64,000 nt of DNA from Microthrixaceae bacterium (GTDB lineage Bacteria > Actinomycetota > Acidimicrobiia > Acidimicrobiales > Microtrichaceae), in the NCBI GenBank assembly GCA_020027475.1, contig JAHRAZ010000118.1, positions 24,929 to 88,928 on the forward strand, written 5' to 3'. This document shows, piece after piece, positions 38,173 to 48,600 of the stretch. A program made the position numbers and the translations under genes. The stretch's first letter is position 1. Every line of letters starts with the position of its first letter. Under the pieces are notes generated by a model, which saw only the letters and a program-made list of their open reading frames with translations, made no database searches and was not told the origin of the DNA.

Positions 38173-39402
38173 CTACGGCTCGAACAGTTCCAGCATCGAA
38201 TCCCATGCCAGGGTCTCAGCCAGTTTCATGCGGGCGCGGATTGCCAATCTCGGGCGATTCACTCCCAAGGCGGCCCGACACTCACCACCACGCTTGAACA
38301 ATGCAACGAAGCGACCTTCGGACACGGATCCATCCACAACATGAACCTCATCACCTGGACCGGCCCTGCCGGCCATCTGGATCTTGGCGTCGTACTGATC
38401 GGACCAGAACCACGGAACGGTGCAGAAGGGACCGGGATCCTGGCCGGCCCCGATCTCGCAAAGCATCTGCTTGCCGGCATGTGTGCCCTGTTCCAAGGCA
38501 CTCTCCCACTGTTCGACGCGCATCCGCTCGCCGTTGAACGAACCATTTGGCCATGAAGCACAGTCCCCTGCAGCCAGCACCTTCGGCGCCGCCCGCAGTG
38601 ATTCATCGCAGCGAATCCCGCCTCCCTCCTGCGGGGGAAGCAGTTCCAGGCCGCTGCCTTCGAGCCAGGACACGTCCGGGACTGCGCCGATACCCACCAC
38701 CACGACCTGTGCCGCAATCTCGGAGCCATCTGTGAGAGCGACTCCCCGAACAGCACCGTTTTCATCGGCGAGAAACGAATCCAGACCGACGCCCAATCGA
38801 ACATCCACACCGTTGTTGCGGTGCAGATCAGCCACGAACGAGCCCATGTCAGTCGGCAACACCCGTTGAAGTGGAACCTCAGCGGCTTCCACCATGGTCA
38901 CCTCGAGGCCGCGACCCCGGCAGGTGGCAGCTACCTCGGCACCAATGAATCCGGCACCGATCACCAGCACCCGATCAGGCCCGCGATCCAGTTCATCGCG
39001 CAGTGCAAGGGCGTCCGCGCCAGTACGGAGTACGAACACGCCGCTGGGTACTTCGCCGGGTATCCGGCGGGCAACAGAACCCGTGGCAACCACGATTCCC
39101 CCCGCCGAGATCATCGAACCGTCGCTGAGACTCAGTTCAAGCGAATCCGGATCGAGTCCCACCGCTGAGAGACCCAGGCGAAGATCGACATCCAGCTCGG
39201 CCAAGTTTCGTGCCATCGGTAGCGCCGCGCGATCAAGATCCCACTCACCGGCAAGAACCTGCTTCGACAGCGGAGGTCGGTCACTGGGCATCTCGGGCGA
39301 TGCATCCAGAACCACCACGGGACCGCCATACCCACCGGACCGCATGGATTGGACAGCGCTCATCCCCGCAAGGGAGGCGCCAACTACGACAACGGGTTTC
39401 AC
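38173..39402 (-). CDS. FAD/NAD(P)-dependent ferredoxin reductase (P450/oxygenase redox partner type)
   Basis: VVVVGASLAGMSA and VLVIGAGFIGAEVA dinucleotide folds. 409 aa. The GTG overlaps the ferredoxin stop (GTGA). Confidence 0.85.
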   Translation of the reverse strand: MKPVVVVGASLAGMSAVQSMRSGGYGGPVVVLDASPEMPSDRPPLSKQVLAGEWDLDRAALPMARNLAELDVDLRLGLSAVGLDPDSLELSLSDGSMISAGGIVVATGSVARRIPGEVPSGVFVLRTGADALALRDELDRGPDRVLVIGAGFIGAEVAATCRGRGLEVTMVEAAEVPLQRVLPTDMGSFVADLHRNNGVDVRLGVGLDSFLADENGAVRGVALTDGSEIAAQVVVVGIGAVPDVSWLEGSGLELLPPQEGGGIRCDESLRAAPKVLAAGDCASWPNGSFNGERMRVEQWESALEQGTHAGKQMLCEIGAGQDPGPFCTVPWFWSDQYDAKIQMAGRAGPGDEVHVVDGSVSEGRFVALFKRGGECRAALGVNRPRLAIRARMKLAETLAWDSMLELFEP

Positions 39403-39590
39403 CCCTCGATTTCCAGCGCCTGCTTGGGACAGCGCCGAACAGCCTCCTCCATCTTGGGACGCAACTCCTCCGGAGGCTCATCCATGAGCAGGTAGAGATT
39501 GTCGTCATCTCGAACTTCGAACACCTCGGGGGCCACTGCCATACAGATGGCATTTGCCTCGCAAAGGTCATAATTAACGTTGATCTTCAT
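39399..39590 (-). CDS. Small 3Fe-4S-type ferredoxin
   Basis: 63 aa, MKINVNYDLCEANAICMAVAPEVF...RRCPKQALEIEG, with three Cys in a Cx5C...CP arrangement. ATG at 39588-39590. Confidence 0.8.
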   Translation of the reverse strand: MKINVNYDLCEANAICMAVAPEVFEVRDDDNLYLLMDEPPEELRPKMEEAVRRCPKQALEIEG

Positions 39591-39653
39591 GCAACGGACT
39601 CTACAAGCCCCGCCGAGTTCCGCCCACACACCTCCAGAGGGCATGCTTGAGCC

Positions 39654-40280
39654 ATGGGAGAGCCGAATCTGGAGCTGAGGAGACGTCCGGTGCAGGAGCG
39701 CGGACGACAACGATTCAACAGGATCCTCGACAGTGGGAGAGATCAGCTCTCAGAGGTCGGAACCGACGGGTTCACGCTCGAACACGTTGCGGCGAATGCG
39801 GCGGTTCCGATTGGCTCCGTGTACCAGTTTTTCCCCAACAAACACGCGCTGATCAGCGAACTATCGGCACAGGACACCCGGGCCATCGCGTCGGAAATCC
39901 GCGATGCGGCTTCGGGATTCCCCAACGACCAATGGCAGAGCAGCACCGATGACCTGATCGACAATCTCGCGGACCTCTGGCGTCGCGATCCGACCCGTCG
40001 ACATGTCTGGTTGGCCATGCAGTCCACCGGCGCCACCCGGTCGCTGCTCGCCGAACAAACTCAACAGATCATCGCCGAAGTCGTGCCGCTGATCGCCACC
40101 CTCATGCCGGCCAAATCAGGACGGCGCGTTCGTACGGTTGGTGAGGTCGTGGTGCAGATGTGCCAGTCCCTGCTGCACTTCTCGGTGCGTGACGACAAGC
40201 CTCATCCGGAAGCCGTTCGGGAGCTGAAGAGAGCGCTCAGGTCCTACCTGCGGGCAGTGGCCTTGGATTCCTCAGGGTGA
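39654..40280 (+). CDS. TetR-family transcriptional regulator
   Basis: N-terminal HTH: GFTLEHVAANAAVPIGSVYQFFPNKHALI. Divergent from the ferredoxin gene. Its 3' end overlaps the convergent carboxyltransferase gene by 44 nt. Confidence 0.85.
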   Translation: MGEPNLELRRRPVQERGRQRFNRILDSGRDQLSEVGTDGFTLEHVAANAAVPIGSVYQFFPNKHALISELSAQDTRAIASEIRDAASGFPNDQWQSSTDDLIDNLADLWRRDPTRRHVWLAMQSTGATRSLLAEQTQQIIAEVVPLIATLMPAKSGRRVRTVGEVVVQMCQSLLHFSVRDDKPHPEAVRELKRALRSYLRAVALDSSG

Positions 40281-42171
40281 CGATTCCGTCCGACAGGTCG
40301 TTCGCTGGTGCTGGATCAGCAAAAGGTTCATCTTGTGCCAGTCTGGATCCCAGCACACGAGCGATCGCCAGCCTGACTTCACCGGCCTGGATCACTTCGT
40401 CCACGGAACCCACCTCCATGGCGCGATGAACATCGTGAACCGAATCGAATCGCTTGGCGACCTCGCGCACCGCAAGCCGTTGTAGATCCAACGGCGGGTC
40501 CGGCATCTGTTCCATCTCGGCCTCGACCTCTCGCACCTCGCGACGCAACACAACCTCGGCCGCCGCTGTTCCTCCGATGACCGAGACCTTGGTTCCGTCC
40601 ACCGCCGCTATGTGCAAGTTCTGATTCAGCTGCTTGTTGAACACCACGTATGCGCCGCCATGGAATCGCCCGATCACCACGACGACGAGAGGACCCTCGA
40701 AGTTCACCACGGCCCGCGCCAGCTCGGCGCCGTGCTCGAGTTGAATGTTCATCAGCGAATCCTGCGAGCCGTCAAAGCCGGCAAGGTTGGCGAGCATCAC
40801 CGCTGGGCGCCGACCGCTGGCGTGATTCAGCGCTCTGGCAATCTTGCGGGAGGCCTGTGGGTACAGGGTCCCGGCAGCTTCCCAGCGACCGTCCACGAGC
40901 CTCGGTCGCGAATCGATGCCCATGAGGCTCACCGGCCAGCCATCAATCCTCGTGTCCCAAACACATGCACCGCTCGCGCCGGTCATGTCGGACCAACGCT
41001 TCAGCTTCGGAGCATCCCGGTCGATCACGGCATGCATCACGGCTTCGATGTCGAATCCCTTCATCCGGTCGGGATTGTCGGCCGCACGGAGGATCTCACC
41101 AACTGTTGCAACCGCACCCGCTGGCGGATCATGTCCGATGTAGGGATCCGCACAGACATCCCTCGATGGCTCATCGCTGGTCGGGGCCTGCAGGGGACGC
41201 TCGGCAGCGGTATTGCACAGGCTGTGGTGAGTCAGGATCAACTCGAACGCTGAGATCAGGTCATCGGCTCGATGATGGGCCTGACCGTTGCCGGACATGA
41301 TGCCGGTTCCGCCAAGATCGTGGTCCGTGCTCTCGCTCACTCCACCTGCCTGGGCCAGCGCCCGTCGGCCAGTAAGCACCATGGACGTTCCTTCAACCAT
41401 CACCAGCATCCCGGCGCAATGCATCAGCATCGTCGCCTCGGCATTCCAGTAGCTCTGCGCACCCACGTTGATGCCGGCCACCACGATCACCACCTCGCCA
41501 CCAGCCTGGGTGAACTCCACCAGGCGGCGGACCACCGCGGCACACCAGTCCATGTTCTCGGTTCCCGAGGTCATCGAGATTCGGGCACCGCTGCTGACAG
41601 CCACCCACTCGAGAGGCAGACCTTCACGCTCGGCCAGATCGATTGCGGCGATGATCCGGCGGCATTCCGGTTCCGCCACCGCTCCAAGGGACTTGGTGGA
41701 GTCCCCACAGAGCCAGATTCGCTCAACCGCATCCGGGTGCGGTGCCAACTGGTGGGACATGCGGCCCACCACCACGGCGGCGGACCGATCTTCGGGGTTT
41801 CCGGAGGCAACCACGAGTCGTTCCGGATCGGCGGGATCGAGATCGAGTTCCGTGAACCTGGAACCATCGGTGAAGTCGTGAAGCCGTCGGTCATCGCCGA
41901 GTCCGCACAAGGTTTCGATGATCTCGTCAGGGTTTGGAGTACGTACCGGTGAGCGCTCCTCGATACGCACCACCTCCGCACCGTCCGGTACCACGCTGCC
42001 CACCTCGGGCAGCCAACTGACCTTGCCGGAGCACTCTGCATGAACCGGGGATTCACATTTCATTGTCTCGAGAATCATCACGAGGTCACCCTCGGCGACC
42101 ATGTCACCCACATTGATCCGGTGAGCCACCACGAGACCCGGCATGGCGGTGCGCTGGCAGTGCTGAATCAT
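40237..42171 (-). CDS. Biotinyl/lipoyl-type carrier domain fused to an acyl-CoA carboxyltransferase domain (BCCP::CT fusion with no biotin carboxylase domain)
   Basis: N-terminal ~70 aa: VGDMVAEGDLVMILETMKCESPVHAECSGKV, an ExMK biotinylation-type motif. The remaining ~570 aa are carboxyltransferase-like: VVVAGINVGAQSYWNAEATM...LGGTGIM...ANLAGFDGS...GRFHGGAYVVF. The ATG at 42169-42171 overlaps the acpS stop (ATGA). Confidence 0.75.
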   Translation of the reverse strand: MIQHCQRTAMPGLVVAHRINVGDMVAEGDLVMILETMKCESPVHAECSGKVSWLPEVGSVVPDGAEVVRIEERSPVRTPNPDEIIETLCGLGDDRRLHDFTDGSRFTELDLDPADPERLVVASGNPEDRSAAVVVGRMSHQLAPHPDAVERIWLCGDSTKSLGAVAEPECRRIIAAIDLAEREGLPLEWVAVSSGARISMTSGTENMDWCAAVVRRLVEFTQAGGEVVIVVAGINVGAQSYWNAEATMLMHCAGMLVMVEGTSMVLTGRRALAQAGGVSESTDHDLGGTGIMSGNGQAHHRADDLISAFELILTHHSLCNTAAERPLQAPTSDEPSRDVCADPYIGHDPPAGAVATVGEILRAADNPDRMKGFDIEAVMHAVIDRDAPKLKRWSDMTGASGACVWDTRIDGWPVSLMGIDSRPRLVDGRWEAAGTLYPQASRKIARALNHASGRRPAVMLANLAGFDGSQDSLMNIQLEHGAELARAVVNFEGPLVVVVIGRFHGGAYVVFNKQLNQNLHIAAVDGTKVSVIGGTAAAEVVLRREVREVEAEMEQMPDPPLDLQRLAVREVAKRFDSVHDVHRAMEVGSVDEVIQAGEVRLAIARVLGSRLAQDEPFADPAPANDLSDGIVTLRNPRPLPAGRT

Positions 42172-42617
42172 CGTTCGACCCCAACCCTGTTGTCGGTACT
42201 GATCACAACCATGGCCGCTGCCATGGAATCCTCGTGTGTGATCGAGAGATCCACTCGGATGTCGCCCAGGGATTCGCGAACTCGATCCGCAGTTGCGCCC
42301 CTGGGATGCAGGGACGGCCGATCCCACGGATCCTTGCGGATCTCCAGACCGAGCCAGTCAACCTCGTTCATCACCGGAGGACTCCCGGCACGAGCCGAGG
42401 ACCAAGCCTTGACGAAGGCTTCCTTCGCCGCGAATCGCGCCGCCAGATGCCGCGAACGAGCCGAGCTGTAGCAATGGGCTGAGCGGGCGGCCTCCTCGGC
42501 GATGGCCAACTCCTGCGCCGTGAAGGTACCGTCGGGGAAGGTCGTTCCGGGCAGCGAAAGCTGCCTGGAGAACGACTCCACCTCCACGAGGTCGATGCCG
42601 ACTCCCAGAACAGACAT
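42168..42617 (-). CDS. acpS: Holo-[acyl-carrier-protein] synthase (4'-phosphopantetheinyl transferase)
   Basis: MSVLGVGIDLVEV...AARFAAKEAFVKAW...ITHED. The ATG at 42615-42617 shares 1 nt with the fas stop (TGATG). Confidence 0.85.
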   Translation of the reverse strand: MSVLGVGIDLVEVESFSRQLSLPGTTFPDGTFTAQELAIAEEAARSAHCYSSARSRHLAARFAAKEAFVKAWSSARAGSPPVMNEVDWLGLEIRKDPWDRPSLHPRGATADRVRESLGDIRVDLSITHEDSMAAAMVVISTDNRVGVER

Positions 42618-45600
42618 CAGGCACTCCCTTTCGCAGCGGAGCTCAAGGCGTAGACACCATCCACGAGGCGGGAAGTCGGGCCGGTCAGGATCTCCACCTC
42701 GCTGCCACGTTGTTCGGCGTGTCCCTCGCCTTCCAAACGCCTGGCTTTGAGCCGTTGATACGCAGGACCGCCACCGAAGGCGTCCCAACGTCGTTGATGG
42801 TCGGAAACCTCGGTGCGACGGGCAACCTCCGCGAGGTACCGATCGCGTTCAGGTGGCTCCAGAGCGGCGGAGAATGCGGCCGGATGGATCAGAAGCACAG
42901 CTGCTGACACATGCCCGAATCCGAGACTTGTGAGCAGCGCTGCCTTTGGTGTTTCGGCAAGTTGCAGCGGACGGTCGTCAACCGTCAGCCAATCGCGCTC
43001 CATGTCTGGATCCACACAATCCAGGTTGGCGTTGCCGGGGACAACCCCGGTGGAGAACAGGTCGCAGAGACCGGCAATCTGCCAAGCCGCAGCACCGCCC
43101 TTGGGGTGACCGGTCAGGTGTTTCTGCGAAATCACCCGAAGCGGATTGCCGGGGGTCCGCCCGATCAGGCGTTGCAGGGTCTCATGGATTTCCGCCTCGT
43201 TGGGATCATTGGCTCTCGTGGACGTGTCGTGTTTGGACACCGCGGCGATGTCATCAGCACCAAGGCCATGGTCGGCCAGGGCCTTGGCCAGGGGAGATTC
43301 CCCGGCACCCATCCCGACGCACAGCAGACCAAGTCCGGGCGCCGGAATTGATGTCTGAACACCATCGGAGTAGCTGCGGGCCAGTCCGACGACGGCCTTC
43401 ACTGGCAGACCCAGCTTGCGGGCAATGGAACCGCGGCAGATCACCATGGCGCCGCCGCCCTGGCTTTCGACGAACCCGGCCCGGGAACGGTCACCCGGAC
43501 GGGACAACTCGGACGGGTCGAACCCGGCAGCGAGCATCTTTTCGCTTGAAGCCGTGGCCGCCATGTCGGCGAAGCCGATGATGCCCTCGGGACCGAGATC
43601 GTCGATTCCACCACCGATGATCACGTCAGCTTTGCCGACACTGATCAGGTCGACTGCCGCCTCGAGGCTCACCGCCGCTGTCGCGCAGGCAGCCACCGGA
43701 TGGACCATGGGCCCGTAGCCGCCCACATATGACTGCATCGCGTGGGCTGCCGGCACGTTTCCGAGCGCCTCCTGAAGCATGTCGTTGGCGTGCGGCACTC
43801 CGCGGAGAGGATCCATGTACATGGCACGAAGGCTCTGCATTCCACCCATGCCGGTCCCCTGAGTGCTGCCCATTCGGGATGGATGCACCTCACCGAGCAA
43901 TTCCTCGGGATCGGTGCCGGCATCGCGGAACGCTTCCGCTGTGATCAACATCGTCCATGCAGCCAGGGGATCCACGCTGGACGCAATCTCAACCGGCAGG
44001 CCCAGGGCCTCCGGGATCATTCCTTCGGGAATCGCAGCAGTAACACCACGCGGAAGATCCTGGATCTGCGGCACACGGATCGGACTGCCCTTGGGCAGAG
44101 TCACGCTCCATTTGCCGTCGCTACTGTCCAGGGTGGCCCCCGGAACCGCAGCGAGGACTCCACGGGCTTGATCCTCATCCGGCAGATCGAGCGTGATCGC
44201 CACGCCCGAGAAAATCTCGGTGTCCAGAGGGTAGGTGCCCTCGGTGCTGAGGCGGATCCCGCAACGCTGTTCGACGTCAGCGCGATAGCGCTCGACAAGG
44301 TCCTCGGAGGCCACCACATCCCCTGTGGAGGAATCGACGTACTCGCCGCTGGATCCACTGGACTTCCACTCAACGAGACCACAACCGATTGCCAGTTCCA
44401 CCACCGAAGCGGCGTCCAACCTTCCGCTGCGTTCCACCGCCGCGCGAGTGCTGGATGTGCCCCATGGACCGATCTCCGAAGTGCCACAGATCACGATCAT
44501 GTCGTCGGCGGCCAGCTCGATCCGGTCCGGCCATTCCTCAGCCAGGTCTGCCACTGGCCGGTTGACCGGCGACACCAGCGCATTCAGGGTTACCTGTTCA
44601 GGTCCCTCCGGCGCTGCCACCTCTTCGGATGCCACACCGTTGCCGACAACGGCCGAACGCAGGAGTTTCGAAAGCGCGCCGGGATCATCCAGGTCACTCA
44701 TTCCACCTGTGAGGTCCACGCGTCCGCTTCGATCACCATCGACGCAGAGTGCAGCAATCTCGTCACCCATCTCCGCGGCCGAGAACGTACGGACACCAAG
44801 ACGCTGTTCAACAATCGGAGCGAAGTCGTCGTTGGCCTCCATGAGTCCGGTTCCACGGACCCAACCGATTTCGGCGCCGATGATGCGACAGTACTGACCC
44901 CAACGTTTGTGCTCCGAGCGGCTGCGGGCATCGAGAACCTCGAGCCCAGCCTTGGCGGTTCCGTAGGCGCCGTCACCACCAAAGGTCCCGTGGTTCGGAG
45001 ACATCGGCAGAACTGCTGTGACCGTGCTGCCATCGCGACGGGTGCCGGCCGCCTCCGCCAACTTGCCAACGAGTCGCTCCACGCCAAGCAGGAGGACGCG
45101 CAGCTCGATTTCAGCGGTCGGACCGGAGTCGGCCGCGTCTCCGAGCACCGGCGGGGCCGCAAATGGCAACACCACATCGGGCAGACCGGGTGATGGCTGT
45201 GCGTCGGCTTCAGCGGGAGTGTTCAACCACTCGACCAGACGATCAATGTCGGTGAACGAGGCGAGATTCGCTCCGACCAGGAACACCTTGGCGCCCGGCG
45301 CCGCGAATCGTCGCTCCAGATCCCGTACATGACGCCGGCGTCGGGAGCTGAGAGAGCTCGTCACCAGAACCACGGTGGCTCCACTGGCCAGTAGGCGGCA
45401 AGCGGCTGCTTCGGCGATGGATCCGGGTGATGCCCCGCTCAGGAGAACGGTGCGGCCGGCAAGCTTGTCGGCCCATGCGATCTGATCCTGATCGGCACCG
45501 GCAGCGATCTCGGTGAACACGTCCACGACTTCTGAATTCTTGTTTGCGGCCTTCGTGAGGTACCAGGCGATTCCCGCGTCCACTCGTTCATCCGCTCCGG

Positions 45601-48600
45601 CGAACTGTCGAAGGCGATCAACCAACTCCAGACGTTCGGCTGGGTCAATCGTGCGCGAGATCAGTCCTGAGTACAGGTGATCCAGATCGGCGCGAGCCCA
45701 CGCGGTCCCGGAATCGAACAAGCGGATCTGATCCACATCGAACACCGGTGCCACGGCATCGGCGCGTCCTGCGCCGTGTTCCGAATCGAGTAGAGCGAGA
45801 CGCTCAACCGCGCTCGAAGCATCCGGGTCATCAGAATGGGAGGCCTGGGGAGTCTCTGCGTCGTGCAACGCTGCCGAAGCTGCGCCGGCAGCGGAGGAAA
45901 AGGCTGCATCCACCCTCGCGGCCAACTCGGTCAGCTCGGCGGAGTCCACAGTGCCGCCGGCGGCCTCAGCCGGCTTTGCGAGGGACACACCTGCACGTTC
46001 GGCAACCGCTGCCAGCGCCTCGTCAATCAGATCCGGCGCGGAACCGGAAGAGCTCAGGGTCCGCAACGCACCGCCGCGACGGCTTGCGTCGCCACGACCG
46101 GCAAGAGCCAACTCGATTCGAACTCGGTTCACCCAACCCGGGCCAAGGCCCCAGGCGGCCGACAGGTGTTCTGCAACACTTCCATCGCCGCCTCCCACCG
46201 GGCCGAGAACAGAAGTGACCCCCGACGACACAGCGGAGGCCAGCACGGGTCCGGGGAACGAATAGCTGCGAGCCAGTTCACCCAACTTCGTAGACAGTTC
46301 GCTCCGGCTCACTTCGTGTGCGCCATCGACACTTCCGAGGCCGAATTCGCGGCCCAGGTCCATAAGAACCTGATTGCGACGCGAGGATGCGCCGTCCACC
46401 AGGTCATCAATGGAGTCATCCGCGAGCTGATCCACCCGCATTCCGGTGATGTGGGCAAGCAATGCCTCCACGGCCTCCGGCATCTCGACCGCCACATCGG
46501 CGACGTCGGGGGCGGAATCGGTGCTCGGCGCAGCGATGGCCGCAGCAGCGACCTTCGTGGCCGGAGGGGGAGCGTCACCATCCCAGTCCTCTTGCGCAGG
46601 ATCATCGTCCGGCTCATCCTGGGTGACCGCCGGAACCTCTGCCGGCGGTGCTTCCGAGGTCTGGCAGAACACCACATCGGCATCGATCTCAAGATTCAGG
46701 ACCTCAACAGGGCCGAAGTGCTCGGCCGCCACCGCGGCCTTGGTGAGACCGGTCAGTGTTGGCGCGGAACCGAGCCCGATTTCAACAACTCGCTCCACCC
46801 CGAGACCGCCACGCTCACGCGGGGTCAGGAGAACCTCGGTGGATTCGATCCAGCGAACCGGCGAGGCAAACTGCCACGCCAAAATCTCCACCAGCAATTC
46901 CCGCGCCAGTCTTCGCGGGTTGGCGACCGCTGCATCCCAATCCTCGAGGACACCGGCGAGAGAACCTTCCCCACACAGTGCGGACACTGCTTCCACGTAG
47001 GAACGATCCAGACTGAAGGGTTCTGGATGCAGGTTGGGCACATATCGGCCGACCAGCGACTCCGGGTCTACCTCCGGAGGAAGAGCGTCGTCGAGATGCC
47101 TCTTGAACTCCGGCACACCGGGTTCGAGGGCCCGCGAGTGGAATGGAACGTCGATTCCCGGAACCAGCAGGAAAGGATCGCGTCCGGGTTGTGTTCCTTC
47201 CCCCAGCGCGTCGCTCAACTCTTCGAGTGAGGTGACGGTGCCGGCCACGGCATACTGCCGTCCTCGCAGGTTGTGGTTGACGATCTCACAGAGTTCACCG
47301 GAGTCCTGCGCGACCCGTTCGACCAGGGCTTCGACACCCTCGGCATCGATGCCGGCCAAGTGCGGCCTCACCACTCCGAGTCGATAGGTCGACGCACCCG
47401 TCGCATCACGCTCCACCAGATTGTGCATGGCTGTACCACGAGCCCAGACGATGCCGAGCACCGCTTCGAGGGGCAGGACTCCCGCTGACGCCGCGAGGGC
47501 GTTGTATTCGCCAACTGAGTGACCGGCAAGGAAGGCCCCCTCCACCAGGGCACCCGCCTCCTGGAGTTCGGCGGTCTGCGCCGCAGCAAGCGTCGCCATG
47601 GCCACCTGGGTGAACTGGGTGAGGTTCAGGACTCCGCCGGGGTGTCGGAAGGTTTCCCCTCCCACTTCGAGCAGCTTCGGATTGTCCCGGACCACCTCGA
47701 TCACCGAGAATCCGATCTCCGACCGGCAGTAGTCATCGGCCTGACCCCAGACAGCCTTGGCCGCGGGGCACCGCTCCATGCCGTCGAGGCCCATTCCCTG
47801 GGCCTGGATGCCCTGGCCGGGGAAGACGTAAGCGGTTCTTGGCGCAGCCACGGTTGCATGCGCCACGGCCACGGGAACTCCCTCGACCTCAACGCGAACC
47901 TCCACCCGGCGTTCACCATCACGTATGGCCACGCGCTCCGCAACCAGATTGAGCTTGGCAGCCGGCTCAACGATGCCGAGGAAATCGATCTCCCAGGACT
48001 TCAGGAGGCTTTCGTCGCCACCCAGTTCCGCTACCAGGAATTTCTGGGCAGCGTGAGATGTCCACATGCCGTGCGCGATGCGACCCGGGAGTCCGGCCAT
48101 TCGGGCAACCAGATCACTGCGGTGAATCGGATTGAAGTCTCCCGAGAGTTCGGCGAACACCTCGGGATGGCGGGGTGCGTACCGAATTGCGGTACCGAGG
48201 TGATGACGTGGTGTCTCTTTCCAACCTTCGGGAACTGCCGCTGCCGGCTCGATCGGCGCGCCCGTCGGGGCCGCACTCCTGATCAGGAAAGTGTCCTCGC
48301 TGGTCACTCCGGGAGCCCAGGCGGAAGTGCGGATCAATCGACCGGCCGGACCGTTGACGTCTCGGGAGATCTCACAGCCGACGTCAGCAGAATCCCGGGA
48401 GTGCAACGTCATCACGTTGCGCAGATGCACCAAGCGCAAAAGGCCGTCGGAAACACCGGCATCAGCCAATGCTGCGAACACCGAGGGCCAGAGGGCGGCC
48501 ATGGACGGTGATTCCCCGCCCAGAGACGTCCGTTCGGCATCGGCCGCCACCGACTCCGCCCCGGAGGTGAGCATCCCGAGGATCCCCTCCTGGGCCGCCG

